A stretch of 63,792 bases of DNA, filler included, from Reticulomyxa filosa (GCA_000512085.1; 19 parts of 19 records of this genome joined end to end with filler, not necessarily neighbours in it); one strand, 5' to 3'. Positions 15,151 through 28,533 are shown, numbered from the whole stretch's first letter. Notes: a model not told the origin generated them from the sequence alone. A program made the numbers and translations.

Positions 15151-16321
15151 TTATCTCCAAATTTGAATTGTGCCATCCCAAGAGCCTGACATAATTGTGC
15201 TGCAATCTGATGAAACATTCACACATGACATCATGCCAGCATTTTTTAATTTTTGTATTTCATATCCTGTTTTCACATCCCATAAACAAATAGTCTTATC
15301 ATTTGAACAAGATACAATAGTTTGACCATCTGGAAAATATTGCACATCAGTTATAACGCTTGAATGTCCTTTCAATATTTTCAATTGTTCTTTTGATTCG
15401 ACATCCCATATTTGAATTGTTTTATCACGTGAACATGAGACAATAAATCTACCATTTGGAGAAAATCTTGCACGCCATACAAAATCGGAATGCCCTGTTA
15501 ATTGTTTTAATCTTTTACCTGTTTTTACATTCCAAATACCAATAGTATTGTCATAAGATGATGATACAATCATTTGACCATCTGGTGAAAATTGCACACT
15601 ATTTACACCATTTGAATGACCAATCAATTGTTTAATCTCTTTTCCATTGTTTACATCCCATATTCGTATTGTATTATCAGCTGAGCCCGATACAATATGT
15701 TTCCCATCTGAAGAAAAATTTACATCAAATATCCAACCTTCATGTCCTTTTAATTTCATTAACTCTTGTCCTGACTCTACATCCCATAATTGAATAGTTC
15801 TGTCACGTGAACAAGATACGACAGTACTTCCATCTGATGAAAATCCTGCAGCGTAGACCCAATGAGAGTGTCCTTTGAAAATTTGAATTTGTTCCACGAC
15901 AAGATATCATATATACAAGCTGTGTTATCATATGATGTTGAAACAATCTTACTGCAATCTGCTGAAAATCTTATGTTAGTTATTGCATCATGATGCCACT
16001 TTAATACTTTCAATAATTGAAAGTATTTTGTCTATATTTGAACATTTGTTGTCAATGATAAAAATATGATTTCATTTTAGCCGAAAAAAAATCAAAAATT
16101 TCACTTAACATATTCGACAACCACCTTATCAAAATCATTAATCCATCCTAATTTGACATTCAGAATTCGTATCCAATTTTGAATAATTAATTTTACCTCG
16201 TTTTCTGACTAACCCGTAACACAGCCAAATGATTTGTGTCGAATAGAGGTCGTTCTGAAATGTGTTGAAGAAAACGTACCAACTGTGATATTGTCATTCG
16301 TTTTTTGTTAGCGTTGCCCAT
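15151..16321 (-). CDS. WD40 family B (FSPDG-type) protein with N-terminal GWIxDF module; frameshift at ~15897
   Basis: Exons 16321-16280 (MGNANKKRMTISQL), 16208-16110 (module) and 16031-15151 (GH..V..V.FSPDG..IVS.S.D.TI..WD repeats). Confidence 0.85.
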
Positions 16322-17599
16322 GCTTTCGATTTCTTTAAGAAGTCTTAGACGATGAATTTGTGTTTTTCTGGTTTTCCTTTTTTTATCATTTTTGATTTAA
16401 TCTATTTGAATTGTTGCATAAATCAAATTCTATTTGCGTTTTCGTGCGTATAAAATAATGAATAGTCAAAGAATTCATGTTCGTTTTTTGACATATAATT
16501 AATTGATGCCCTAATGATAATATTGAAATATGCGCACAATTACCAAATATTTCCTTTGAATAAGAACAAAAAAATATCAGTACCAGATCAAAAAACAACA
16601 CAATAGAAGATATAATTTGACACATTTAATGATTTTCTTTTAATTTTGATAATTCCTTTATTTATTAGAAAAAGTGTGTTGCATGTGTGATAATTAGGGT
16701 ATTTAAAAATGTATTTTCCAATTTTTTTAGAAAGAGTATTTGCTTAAAAATACAGTTTATCTTTCGAAAAACAATCAATTTATTATATTTGAATTTAAAT
16801 AAAATAAATTAGAATTTTTTAAATAAATATATTAGTGGTCCCAGAAATAAGCACATGAATGACACTTTTTTTTTTCAAACAAATATAAAAAAAATGGATA
16901 TTATCATATTGTAAAGTGAACATGGTAAAAATAGTAAACTTGATGTTATTTTATTTTTTGGTCTTGACAAGAACAGAAACAAACAAATAAATAATTTTTT
17001 ATTCAAATTATCAACAAGTTTTTGATGTAAAATATAGATTTAATCCTATCGCACTTTCAAATCAATTAAAAGTCTTGGATATAAGTTTGATGTTCAAATC
17101 CGATTTTGAGTTGAACATTACATATTTTTAGAATATCAAACATATGCTTTTTTGTTCTATTCCACATCAAAAAACATTTTAAAAAAGGTATTTCACAATC
17201 AAGCATTTTTTTTTGGAGTGGAGTAGGGTTTTTTTTAGAAGAAAACTGGAGTAGTTTTTTTTGGAAGGATAAACTATCTTCTTAGAAATAGAAAACTGGT
17301 ATACGTGCTTGTAGAAACATTCAGAAAAAACTGAAACTGTTAACAGAATTTCTTCTGAAAATATAGTGCAAATTCTTTTTGGTGATAAAAAATTAAAGAT
17401 GTTTTCTTTTGAATCTGAATCATGTACTCAATTTTTGTTGTGATCACAAAAACATATCTTACATTTTCTCATGACAATCAAACAAAAACACAATGTTTGT
17501 ACTAGTTTTTTAACTGAAAGAAGTTCGACGTCTCAGGTTGAGTTCTTAGTAATTTCTTCAACACTAGACATCCTTTGCTTTGTTTTATTTTCGGAAATA

Positions 17600-18090
17600 G
17601 TGACGAAGTACTAACAATAGAAATTGTCAAACAGGCGTTCAACCTGGAAACGCAGTACGTGGTAATACTGTGCAGAATATGACAATGGCAAATGACCACT
17701 TGCAGCATTATTTCCTCGCGCATTTTTATTATCTGGAAAAGAAGACGCTGTAAATAACTTTGCACGAGGATATTATAGATAGAATGGTGTCCAACTGGTG
17801 CTAAAATTGTTTAAATGAAATTACTGCTGCCATTTTGGAAGTAGATGATATTGGTGCATGTGGCAAGAATGCAATTATGATTGACAATAATTTTGTTATT
17901 TCTCGATTGCTAAAAGACTTGTAGAAAAATTTGATTATTTGTGTTCACAGCAAGCTTTTGTTCGTTGGCATGTCAGAGATGAAATGGAAAAAATTTCTTG
18001 AAGCTCGTGAAGATTTAGTATTTTTAGAAAAGTTTGATGTTTTATCAGAGCAACCATCATCTAATGAGAATAGTGGTGATAGTAATTATA
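17600..18090 (+). pseudogene. Divergent alpha-tubulin pseudogene with two large internal deletions
   Basis: In order: EVLTIEI/QTGVQPGNAV..YCAEY (N-terminus), LSGKEDAVNNFARGYY (17732-17776), EWCPTG, KFDYLCSQQAFVRWHV..EMEK/FLEAREDLVFLEK. These match alpha-tubulin GKEDAANNFARGHY, DWCPTG, AFVHWY and EAREDLAALEK. Confidence 0.88.
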
Positions 18091-18299
18091 ATTTTTTTTT
18101 TGCAACAAAAAGTAGTCATTCGTTTTTCACTACTAAGGATTTTTAAAAGATTAATTTCTGTGCTATACTAAAATGTTTGAAAGTGAAATATATTTAACAA
18201 ATTATTGCACTGTATCATTTATTGATATTAATTTGCTCAACGAATATAATTGAATTAGAGTACCACAAAATAATTCAAATTAGAGTGTGATTATTTGAC

Positions 18300-18907
18300 G
18301 TTGTTATGAAATTGTTGGACTTGTATTGAAAAAAAAAGGAGAATATGAAAAAGCAATACAATATTTTGAAAAATCTTTGAAAATTAGATGAAAAAATTAA
18401 ATGAAGATCAGCCTGACGTTTGTTGGTGTAGAAGCAGTGAGACGACTAAGTGTAATACGAAAGGAATTTAGTTTCAAAAAGCAAATTCAGTAAAAGGAAA
18501 TTAAATTAACAAAAATAATCTCAACACAAGAAAGGAAAACACAAAAGTGAGTTGTGTTGTGAAGATGGTTTTAACCCACCAGGGGTCCCACCGTTCCATT
18601 AGTATTCGAGATTGTATAATAGGGACTTGCCCTACATTGGTGTTATCATTCTTTTGTAAATTGTTTCAGATATAAAAAAAAAGTGAAACATGTAGTTGGA
18701 CACGGAAAAAAATGTTTACATTTTAGATTGATGAAATTGGGTTCAAATCATCCACACGTTGGTCAATCATATTTTCTTTTAGGAAAAATTTATTTTGATA
18801 TAGGAAATCAAATTGAAGCGAATAAATATTATGAGGAAGCATTGTCTATTTTTACTCAATATTTTGGTAAATATAATCATAAAACTCAAGTGTTATTTTT
18901 AAATTGA
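18300..18907 (+). pseudogene. TPR repeat gene interrupted by a solo LTR
   Basis: GLVLKKKGEYEKAIQYFEKSLKIR...QPDVCW[insert]CYHSF...LGSNHPHVGQSYFLLGKIY...EEALSI, i.e. kinesin-light-chain-like TPR repeats. Confidence 0.75.
18427..18636. mobile_element. Solo LTR (210 bp)
   Basis: Termini TGTAG...CTACA (perfect 5-bp inverted ends) and 4-bp target duplication TTGG at 18423-18426 and 18637-18640. Removing it restores the TPR reading frame. Confidence 0.85.
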
Positions 18908-19222
18908 AACAAATATCTATTTTTTTTTGATAAAACTATTGGATCTATCAAGAATGAACCAATTTGTGTCTGGATGAAAGACTTTATTTCATTAAAATTG
19001 CAATAATTTTGTTTTAGTGTGCTGTTTTGATGAAACATTTCCCTACATATACTTCAGATTGAATTTAAGCAATGTTTTATCAGCAACTTTTCAATCAAAA
19101 TATATTTATTTTACAAAAAAAGAATGGCATCGGCAAATACTCTTATGCAATTTTACCCCACCAAAATAAAAAAAATCCAAGATCAGCAATAATAAAAGAT
19201 TTGCCGACGAAATATTTCATGA

Positions 19223-20455
19223 TTATCCCCATAATCGAATTGTTCGATCCCATGAAGAAGATAAGATATAATTGCTATCTGGAGAAAAGTGTACACTTGT
19301 CAAAGAATGGGTATGACCTTCTAAAACTTGCAATGCTTGTCCTGTCATCACATCCCATGTTCGAACTGTCCTGTCAAAGGAACATGATACAATAGTGCGA
19401 TTATCTGGCGAAAAACATGCATCTTTGACAATATCTCTATGCCCCTCTAATTTGTTCAATTCCTGTCCAGTTGTTACATCCCACAGTCGTACTGTTTTAT
19501 CATTTGAAGTGGATACAATTACTCGAACGTCCGAGGAAAATTGCGCTGCAGTTACAGCCTTTGTATGCCCTACAAATTTTGCACCTCTTTTCCGGATTCA
19601 ATATCCCATACTCGAATTGTATTGTCTTCAGAGAATGACACAACCAAACGACCATCTGATGAAAAATTTACTCCAGTGACAGTCTTTTCATGTCCCTCAA
19701 ATGTTTTAATCCTTTCACTGGATTTGACATCCCACAGTTGAACTGTCTTATCCAAAGAACACGACACAATTGTTTGACCATCTGGGGAAAATTGTGCTGA
19801 TGTCACAACACTTGAATGACCTTCCAATTTTTGTATTTCATGTTGAGATCTTATATCCCATATTCGAATTGTTTTATTCCGCGCGCAGAACACAACACGA
19901 TTCCCATCAGGAGAATAGTACGCAGTTGTGGTCTCTGCCGAGCATTGGAGTTTTTTGATCTCTTCTCCGGATGACACATCCCATATTCGAATTGTTTTAT
20001 CATTTGAAGCTGATACAATAGTCTTACCATCCGGGGAAAATTGTGCTTTTATTACATAACCTGAATGTCCTTTCAAAACTTTCAATTCTTTGAAATTTTT
20101 TAACTATCATTTTTAGTTTTTTTGTCAACTTTTAAAGAATATTTTTAAAAAAGACAAATTATTACTCAACATATCTTGCAATTATGCGATGGAAGTCTTT
20201 AATCCATCCCCAATTGATATTAGCAATACGAAGCCAGACTTCAACAATCTGCTTAATATCACTTGCAGTCTAGACGAACATTTTCATTTTCAAAACAAAA
20301 CATATTTTTATTTCTCTACTTTTAGCCTTCATAGATTAATAATTTAAAAAAAAAAAGCAGCTTTTTTTTATATAAGTTATTACCAATTCTTTTGTTTTTG
20401 TCTCATCGATTGTTTGGGCCAGTAGATTTCCAATTGGGGGTTTGTTAACATTCAT
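19223..20455 (-). CDS. WD40 family B protein with N-terminal GWIxDF module
   Basis: Exons 20455-20384, 20269-20171 (TASDIKQIVEVWLRIANINWGWIKDFHRIIARY) and 20103-19223 (7 FSPDG-type repeats). One A missing in a homopolymer at ~19575. Confidence 0.85.
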
Positions 20456-21456
20456 TCCTCCACAGAGCCCAATTCTCTCAACAGAAATATAATAACTATT
20501 TTGAACAGTAAAAAACAGAAACAAAGAGTAGTTTCAGTTCTGATCGTTTGGTTGCTTTTAAAGAGTAGTCTAACATTCGAAATGATAATAATAATTAAAA
20601 AAAAGCAAAAAATGTAAATTTTAACAAACCTGGTAATATGTGGCATACCATCGAGTGGGTACTTGTTTCCAATGTTTGAAGACTGTCTGCAATTCTTGGT
20701 CACTAATTTATTATTTTGTTCCAGTCGTAGTTTGCAAAGGGAAAATGCGATTACAATTTTGTAAGTAGCCATTATTTGAAACCTTACCTAAACGCCTAGA
20801 AAGTTCCAACTTTTCCTTAAAGTCTTCGCTTGGTCGCAATCCAACGATTGAAAATTTGCTCCAATTGGATTCTGTTGAGAAGGATAATATGATGAATAAT
20901 TGTTATTGACGGACAAGAAAGAGAAAAAAATCTTTACTGGTTTCCATGTATCTTTGGCTTTTTCGGGGCAGGTCCTTTACACAAACTTTTTAGAAGAATA
21001 GTGGTCTTGTTTGTTGTTAAACGGTTTCTACGCTCAGCTTCTTTTTATTTGGGATATGTTTGCAATTTTTTTCAGCTGAATTGGTTAGTTGTTAGTACGA
21101 AATGTGCAACAACAATCGTTGTTCTTTTGTCTAGGTTACAAATCACAAGAGCAGGTGTCACATGCAAAACAAAACTTCCAATTGTTGTTTCCAGAGAGAC
21201 TTGTGTTCCTTTTTTTCCTTAATTTTTTAAAAATTTATTTCAATTACGCTTCTTTGAGCAAGTGTTGATGCAAAGTCCAGGCGAACAAATAAAAATTCAA
21301 GTTAATTTAAATGAAACTGGAGTGTGTCTTCAGTCATAATTGTCGCTTGCCTCTCCTTTGCCGTCTGTGACTTAGTACAAGTACTCCCCAAAAAGAAGTA
21401 GCAAATTCAAAAAAAAAGTGTAAAACAAAAATGAAAAAAAAAAATATTAAAAAAAG

Positions 21457-21756
21457 ACGCCAGTGGCCACAGGCCAAGAAGAGAAAGAGAATAGGGAAAA
21501 TACATTATCACTGGTATTGGATGTGGACGAAACGTTGATCCGTGTTCGACGCTGTTTTGATGAGTGCAATGTTGGAGATGATGTATGGGTTAAATTAGAA
21601 AGTTCGACAGCATCGAAAAGTGAGGATTGGGTACCGGGGAAAGTGATGGCAACGTACAAGATGTTAACTTGTGAGACCACGGATAACAAAAGTATTGTTC
21701 AATTTCAAAAGATTGAGCGTTTCAAAGACATGTTACCCAATCAAAATGTACAATAA
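21457..21756 (+). CDS. Fragment with an FCP1/SCP-type HAD phosphatase motif
   Basis: LSLVLDVDETLI matches the DxDxT motif; the rest of the gene is unresolved. Confidence 0.45.
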   Translation, partial: TPVATGQEEKENRENTLSLVLDVDETLIRVRRCFDECNVGDDVWVKLESSTASKSEDWVPGKVMATYKMLTCETTDNKSIVQFQKIERFKDMLPNQNVQ

Positions 21757-22189
21757 AATAAGTCATTTTTTTTTTTTTTGGTTTTAAACATTAGTACCGA
21801 TCACCTTTTTTTTTTTTTAAAAAAAAAAAGGTAATAACCAAAAAAAAAAGATCTGTTTGTTGTTGTATTTTGCAATGAGAGCCATGTGATGTCAGTGCCC
21901 GTATTCAACTGGAGCATCCTTTGTACCGTGGCAAATGGGGTGTAGTGGTATGGTATTTGCTTCCTTTTTTCTTATTTTTTGTTTGTGATGTGTTCGTAAA
22001 GTATACGTCCTTANNNNNNNNNNNNNNNNNNNNNNNNNNNNNNNNNNNNNNNNNNNNTTAATTAATTAANNNNNNNNNNNNNNNNNNNNNNNNNNNNNNN
22101 NNNNNNNNNNNNNAAACTGGTTTTTTTTTTTTTTTTTTTTTTTTTTTGACTGGTTGGTATCTGTAAACTAGTTAGATATGTTTTGTTAA

Positions 22190-23200
22190 ATGTGGTGTTC
22201 AGGTAAAACCACCCTGATCAATTGTTTGGCTGGCAGAATTATGGAGGCGAAGGGATCCAGTTTGGAAGGTAGCATTAAGGTCAATGGCATTGATTACACT
22301 TCATTAGGAGCAAAGTTTGCTCGTTTGGCTTCGTTTGTTCAACAAGACGACGTTCTCTTCAGCATGCAGGTTTGTTTGTTTTTTTCCCTCATCTCTTTTT
22401 TCTGTCTTGTTCGTATATATTGACAAATTAGAAAAAACTTTTTTTTTGCAAAAAAAAAAAGTATACGTATCGAACAAAAAAGAATGTTCTGCATTATACA
22501 TAACATAAGGGGGGGGGGGGGAAAATAACAATAATGTGATATTTTGGATAAATAATGTCCAGTTTTTTTTAGACTGTTCGAGAAACGTTGCTAACAGCAG
22601 CAAACTTTCGTTTGCCGTCAAGCTTAAGCGCAGCTGAAAAAGAAAGGCGAGTGAATGGAATAATAACGGAACTGAATTTGAACAGAGCAGAGAATACACT
22701 GATCGGGGACGAAAAGATTAAAGGGGTCAGTGGAGGGGAACGAAAGCGCGCAAACATTGGGGTAGAATTGATTCAAGATCCATCATTGCTGTTTTTGGAT
22801 GAACCGACGTACGTATAAAATAATAACACTTTGTTTGGTTGTTTCCCTCAAACTTGCCCAATATACATTTTAATATTATATATTCACAACGGAAAAAAAG
22901 GTCAGGGTTGGATAGTTTTCAGGCCCTCAATGTGATAGAAGCATTGAAGGCATTGTGTGCAAGTGGCTGTACTGTGATAACCAGTATCCATCAACCACGT
23001 TCCAGCATCTACTCATTAGTTAATGTTTTCAATGAGTGTTGAGGCCCAAACAAAGCAACAAAATAACAAACAAATAAACAATAGTTTGACCGACTAATAT
23101 TAATGGCTGATGGATTAGTTGTTTACAACGGCAAAGCTGGACAAGAGCCTGTAAATTATTTCAGTAAACTGGGGCTTGTGTGCCCCTCTTACTTGTATGT
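22190..23200 (+). CDS. ABCG-family transporter, NBD fragment, multi-intron
   Basis: [12 protein letters not shown] (Walker A), [18 protein letters not shown] signature, [13 protein letters not shown] (Walker B), SIHQPRS. Confidence 0.92.
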
Positions 23201-23360
23201 CACTAATTTTTGTGTTGTTTTAACCCGTTTCTGTTCTTTTTTTTTTTTTTTTTTTTTTTTNNNNNNNNNNNNNNNNNNNNNNNNNNNNNNNNNNNNNNNN
23301 NNNNTTAATTAATTAANNNNNNNNNNNNNNNNNNNNNNNNNNNNNNNNNNNNNNNNNNNN

Positions 23361-25145
23361 TTCTTCCTTTTCCACCTCTATTTATATAACTTTGATTTCC
23401 TCCAATACATGTGATAATTCCAAAAGTGTGTTTGAATCGAGATTGACTTTGTAATTCAATTAATATTGATCCTCCACTTCCACCACTACAAGTTCCATTC
23501 CCTCCATTGGATCGAATCGATCCATGATTGATCAATTGTTGTTCAATTATCAGTTCAATTATTCCACCACCACTTCCTCCACATGTACTTCCACCTCCAC
23601 TTCCACCTCCACTTCCAAAATGAATTTGTTTCAACAAAGTCTCTTCTCCATACATTTCTCCACCTTGTCCACCATATCCTTCTCCTCTCGTTCCATATCC
23701 ACCACCACCACTCAAAAGTTCGTTGCTACCCTTTCCAGGACCTCGATTCATTGGATATCCCAATTGTGAGCAATCAATTTTGGATGAAGAATGTTTAATC
23801 CACAAATGACTCGTTTTAATTTTTAGATGTCCGAGCTCTTCTTTTTCGTATTCTCTATTACAATTAAGAGTTAAAGTGGTATGTTCTCCAAGTAAAAATA
23901 TTCCAAATTTATAATTATTCAATTTATTATTTCTTAATTGGACCGTTTGTTCATGTTCAGTGACCAATAAAAAAATTCACTCCATTTTGCAAATTTGAAT
24001 TTTGAATGAATGACAACATACTCCCACAATTTTTGTGTTGTTTTTTGTTGTGTTTTTTTTGTTTTTTTTTGGATCTTTTTTGTTGTTTTTCTTTAATTCG
24101 TGCGTCCATTTGAGATTGAATATCTGTAATTTGATATTTTATCTTGGTTTCAATGTATTGACTAAAATTGATTTGATATTGTTCCAATTGCTTTTTAAGT
24201 TCAATATTATCTGTTTTTAATTGTTCAATGTTATTTGTTAATACTTGTCTTAAGTTGTCAAATTGTTTGTCGTTGGTTCTTACAAGGTCTTCCAATTTCA
24301 TTTTCCATTTTCCATTTTGCTCATTTTGTTGTTTTTTTAAAACAATAATGACTTGATTCATCTTTGTATTCAGTTCAATTGCTTGTTGATCTCTCTTAAA
24401 TGACTCTTCTTTTAAAATTTTCAATTGTTCCTTTTTTTTTTTTTTTATCATTTTTTTAAGCAAAAAAAGATAAAAACAATATAACGAAACTGTTTGCACT
24501 TTTTCTGCTTGCAATTGCGATTGTAAATCTTTAACTATGTTTTGCAATTCTTTTATTTGTCTATTCATCTCATTCAATTGGTTTGTGATTTCATATGGAA
24601 TGTTTTGTTTGTTTGAAATCAAGTTGCATGATCTATCCAAATGATCTTTCAAATCTTTCATTTTTCCTTTGAAATTGCAATTGCAATTATTTTTTGAATT
24701 TGAATTTAAATTTAAATTTAAATTTAAATTTAAATTTGATTCATTCCAGTATCCTCCTTGTTCTCTTCTTGATTTTGTTTCTTCATTTAATTGCCCTTCT
24801 GTCAACTCAAATTGTTGAGGACAAATTACTAATAATTCAGATACAAATTTTCTCGCAGTTTTAACTTGCGAAAATTCGCAATGTTCATGTTGTTGAATTG
24901 GACATTTTCCATCATTCTGTTTCAAATAATTTTGTAAGCATTGTTCTCCAACCAAATAAACTTGATCTGCATTTTCATGTTCATTACAATGTAATTCCAT
25001 TGCATTGTTTGCAATTTCATTACAAATGCAGCAAATTAAAGTGTCCAGTTTTTGTGAGTCATTTGTCAACGAAACCCAATCTTTACTGTAACAGTTAGAA
25101 AAGGAAAAGATTGTCCTTTTCTTTTCTTTACTTTCTCCTTTTCTT
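23361..25145 (-). CDS. RING-like/TRAF-type Zn finger + coiled coil + glycine-rich C-terminal domain, 3' truncated
   Basis: CCICNEIANNAMELHC...CLQNYL...KCPIQQH, then CP..CNFKGKMKDLKDHL..C, a coiled coil, and a GGGGYGTRG/FGSGGG/GGGIIELI domain. An extra T at ~23969-23975 splits the two ORFs. Confidence 0.7.
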
Positions 25146-25928
25146 TCTATTCAAATAACAACATTCGTCTTACTTCTATTATTTGAAGTTCACCTTCAAA
25201 ACCTTTTTAAAACTAGAGACTCAACAGTTTTTTACGGACTTTTTGTCTTTTTTTTCTTAAGAAAAACAATTTATTTAGTCAAGAAGATTCAAGTACTCAT
25301 ACAAACAACGCTGGATATATTTTGAAAAAGCAAAAAATATTCAAATTTTTGAAACAATTTGGAAAGACGGAATGAAAAACTAAATCAACTATATTTAAAA
25401 CTACATAATTCATTGATATTTTTTTTAGTGAAGCAAATATTTGGTTTAAATGTTGCTTCTTCATTGAAAAATTTATTCTCTCTATAAGTTACCGTTTTGT
25501 GTTCTATTATATTTTCAAAATATTAAAAGTTGCTTAAATATTAGGAAACACCACGACTATTTCACTTTGTCGAAGTTTCATGATTAGGGTTTAAAATAAT
25601 ATTGTTTCAACTTGCATAAAGTAACATTTTCCCAAAAAAGTGGTAAAAATATTTTTCTCTTGAATAGGATAACGCATTGACCGTTTTAATTTTTTTCTTG
25701 GCAGAGGAAAAAATCAACTGCGCTGGNNNNNNNNNNNNNNNNNNNNNNNNNNNNNNNNNNNNNNNNNNNNTTAATTAATTAANNNNNNNNNNNNNNNNNN
25801 NNNNNNNNNNNNNNNNNNNNNNNNNNAAAAAAAAAAAAAGAAAAAAAAAAAAAAAAAAAAAAAAAGGGGGGAAAAAAAATGTAACAAAAAAAAAAAACTA
25901 TAAATAGACCGAAATGCAAACAACAAAC

Positions 25929-26613
25929 CTATGCATAATACCACGAGAATGACAATAATCCAAACCGATGAGCAATTCGTAAATGTAGTAACGAACGTCG
26001 AAATCAGTGAACGTTGGGTACAACACTGTGAAGTTCACATTGTTCACGTACTCAAACACTAACGCCGGTGTGCGGCCCGACGCCACGTCGCTACGCACAC
26101 AATCCAATAACTGAATAATGTTCGGTCCCCCTTTTTTTTTTTTGATAAGAATCATTTTGTTTTGTTCTTTTTTTAAAAAAAAAGGGGAGGGATGATTGAA
26201 CTTTGCTCACCCTTTTTTTTTTTGAAAGAAACCTTCCCCTCCTCTTGTTTTTTTTTTTGAGAAAAGTACCTTTCAGATTTTGCAGAATTTTGATCTCTCT
26301 TTGGATTTTTTTGCTTTTTCACAGGCTTAAGCATTTTGATACAACAAGGGCGAGAGTTGTTGCTGTCCCAACCTTCAAACACTTCACTGTACTTGCCTCG
26401 ACCAATCTTTCGAACAATTTCGTATCCTGAGGTGGTGTTAAATTGTAAGTTGAAGTTGTCGTAATCCCAATACGATTGTGGCTTCTTCTGGTTCACGTCG
26501 ACATATTCTCGGGCAATTGAAATTACACCTTTTGACCGACGCTGCGGATTCGCCGTCGTATTGTTTGATGGATTGCCTGATGGAGTAGGGTTGTTATTCA
26601 TCGTAATTTGCAT
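25929..26613 (-). CDS. CSNK2A1: Casein kinase II alpha, 5' part
   Basis: YWDYD, RKIGRGKYSEVFEG, LKPVKK, GGPNIIQLLD, TPALVFEYVNN, LDYCHSRGIMHR. Confidence 0.95.
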
Positions 26614-27441
26614 TTTCTTCGCAATACACACAGAAAATAAAAAAAAAAAAATTTCTTTAGAAGTTGAAGTGTAGTTTCTCTGGTGTCTATTCCATCAAAA
26701 CTTACTTCTTTTGACGAGAAAAATAGCCTTTTAAAATACACAAGTGTTCGATTTTTTTGCTTGACAATCGAATATCCTCTTTCTCGTTCGTAAATGACGC
26801 TTTTGTAGGTCAGCTTTTTTCATATGACGATTTATTGTTAATTCAAAAATCTAAAGTGTCTTCTTTTGTTGTCAAAGTTGTAAGACGACCGTAATAATCT
26901 TTTTTACGTTTATTAATTTTAAGCGAACATCTCCTTTGTAAAAGCTTTCAACTGTTTGCATAATGCATGGATTATACTTTTTATTACCGTCTACACTTTC
27001 GCTTAAATGTGATGACACGCAAGCTATGTAACTACACCAACAGATTCAGTTCAGAATTTCAAAGAAAGTGTAAGAGCTACCTCAGTTTGTCATACACATA
27101 TGAAACAAAGTGTGCAAAATATTTAATTTCACAAAATGGGTTTAAAACATTTGCAATATTTTATCATACGTTTTTAAAGTATCATGGCCTGTTGTAAGGC
27201 ATATTTGAATTTTTAATCTAAATGCTTCTGTTATCAAACAAAGAAAACAATAAAAACAAGAATGCAAATAAAAACTGACTTGAATTAGAAGAAGCAAGTG
27301 AATTACATTATTCTTGAAAGTTTTGGAACGAGAGGTATAATGGATTTTACATAATATGCCTAAAAGTTACAAGAAAGACAAAGTACAAGTAGAAAAAGTT
27401 CAATTTTTTTTTTTTTTTAAGCCACCCCCCGTTGTTAGGAG

Positions 27442-27830
27442 ATGGCGGATGAAGACCTTGGCAAAGTGCCAGGCTTGGAATCATATTTTCCGCCGCAGCT
27501 AGATGAACTAGGCCCCTGGAAACGTTTGGATCATGCGGAAAAACTCAAAGAAAAGCTGGCGACAGTGCGTGCGTACAAAAAGCGCTTGGAGGGCCTCGTG
27601 ACACAAGTGGAAGACTTTCTCTTTGAAAACAAGGAGAAGCAGATGGCGATAAAGTATCGAACTTTCCAGCGATTTGGGCACATCCGAAGTCCGACCCGTG
27701 GGGACCTGTTGCATTATCCCCAATTCCGATCGAACCCTGATGTCTACCAGAACACCGATGCGATCTACCGTCACGAACTGCAGTCCCGTTATAACATTAA
27801 GCATTCTCATCCCAAATTAATTCGACGTTT
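27442..27830 (+). CDS. Hypothetical protein, first exon
   Basis: GC-richer ATG-initiated ORF with normal codon usage; no motif recognised. Confidence 0.45.
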
Positions 27831-28533
27831 AAAATTCATTTTCAAAAAAAAAAAATTTTTTTTTTAAAAACAATTGTTAAATCGCAACAAAAACAAACAT
27901 TATAGTGACAGCACACGAAGGAAGAGAAGTCAAAAAAGCGATTTGTAGTTTTGTCAAAAGTCGTTCGTGGCAGGATCATTACATGTATCGTTTTTTTTTT
28001 TTCCCTCCCTTTTCCCCCCCCCCCCTTTTTTTTTTTTTTTTAAATTAAAAAAAAATGTATACGTATATATGTATATAAAAACAAAAAGTGCGCGGTTGGT
28101 GTGCGCATGCGAGAAATGAAATAGTGATTCGACCACCCTCGACGAGGAAACCTGCTTGAACCACACAAAGAATTTGGACATCCCTTGGAAACTAGTGGCC
28201 GAACATATCCACAACGGACGCAACGCCATCGAATTCAAACTCGCATGGGACAATGGCCCCACTCTCGGCAACCCTGCTATCTCCGCAAATGAGTTATTTT
28301 TTATTTTTTTTTTTGTATTTATTGTATTGTTGTTAAATAATAACAATACTAATAATTAATAATTAACAATAACNNNNNNNNNNNNNNNNNNNNNNNNNNN
28401 NNNNNNNNNNNNNNNNNTTAATTAATTAANNNNNNNNNNNNNNNNNNNNNNNNNNNNNNNNNNNNNNNNNNNNTTTTTTTTTTTTTTTTTTTTTGCGCTC
28501 ATTGTATTTCCACTTTCCAACAAACAAAAAATA

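Noticed and set aside
17502-17765. Minus-strand ORF containing MREEIMLQV, like a tubulin start
   Set aside because: Coincidental antisense reading of the plus-strand tubulin pseudogene.
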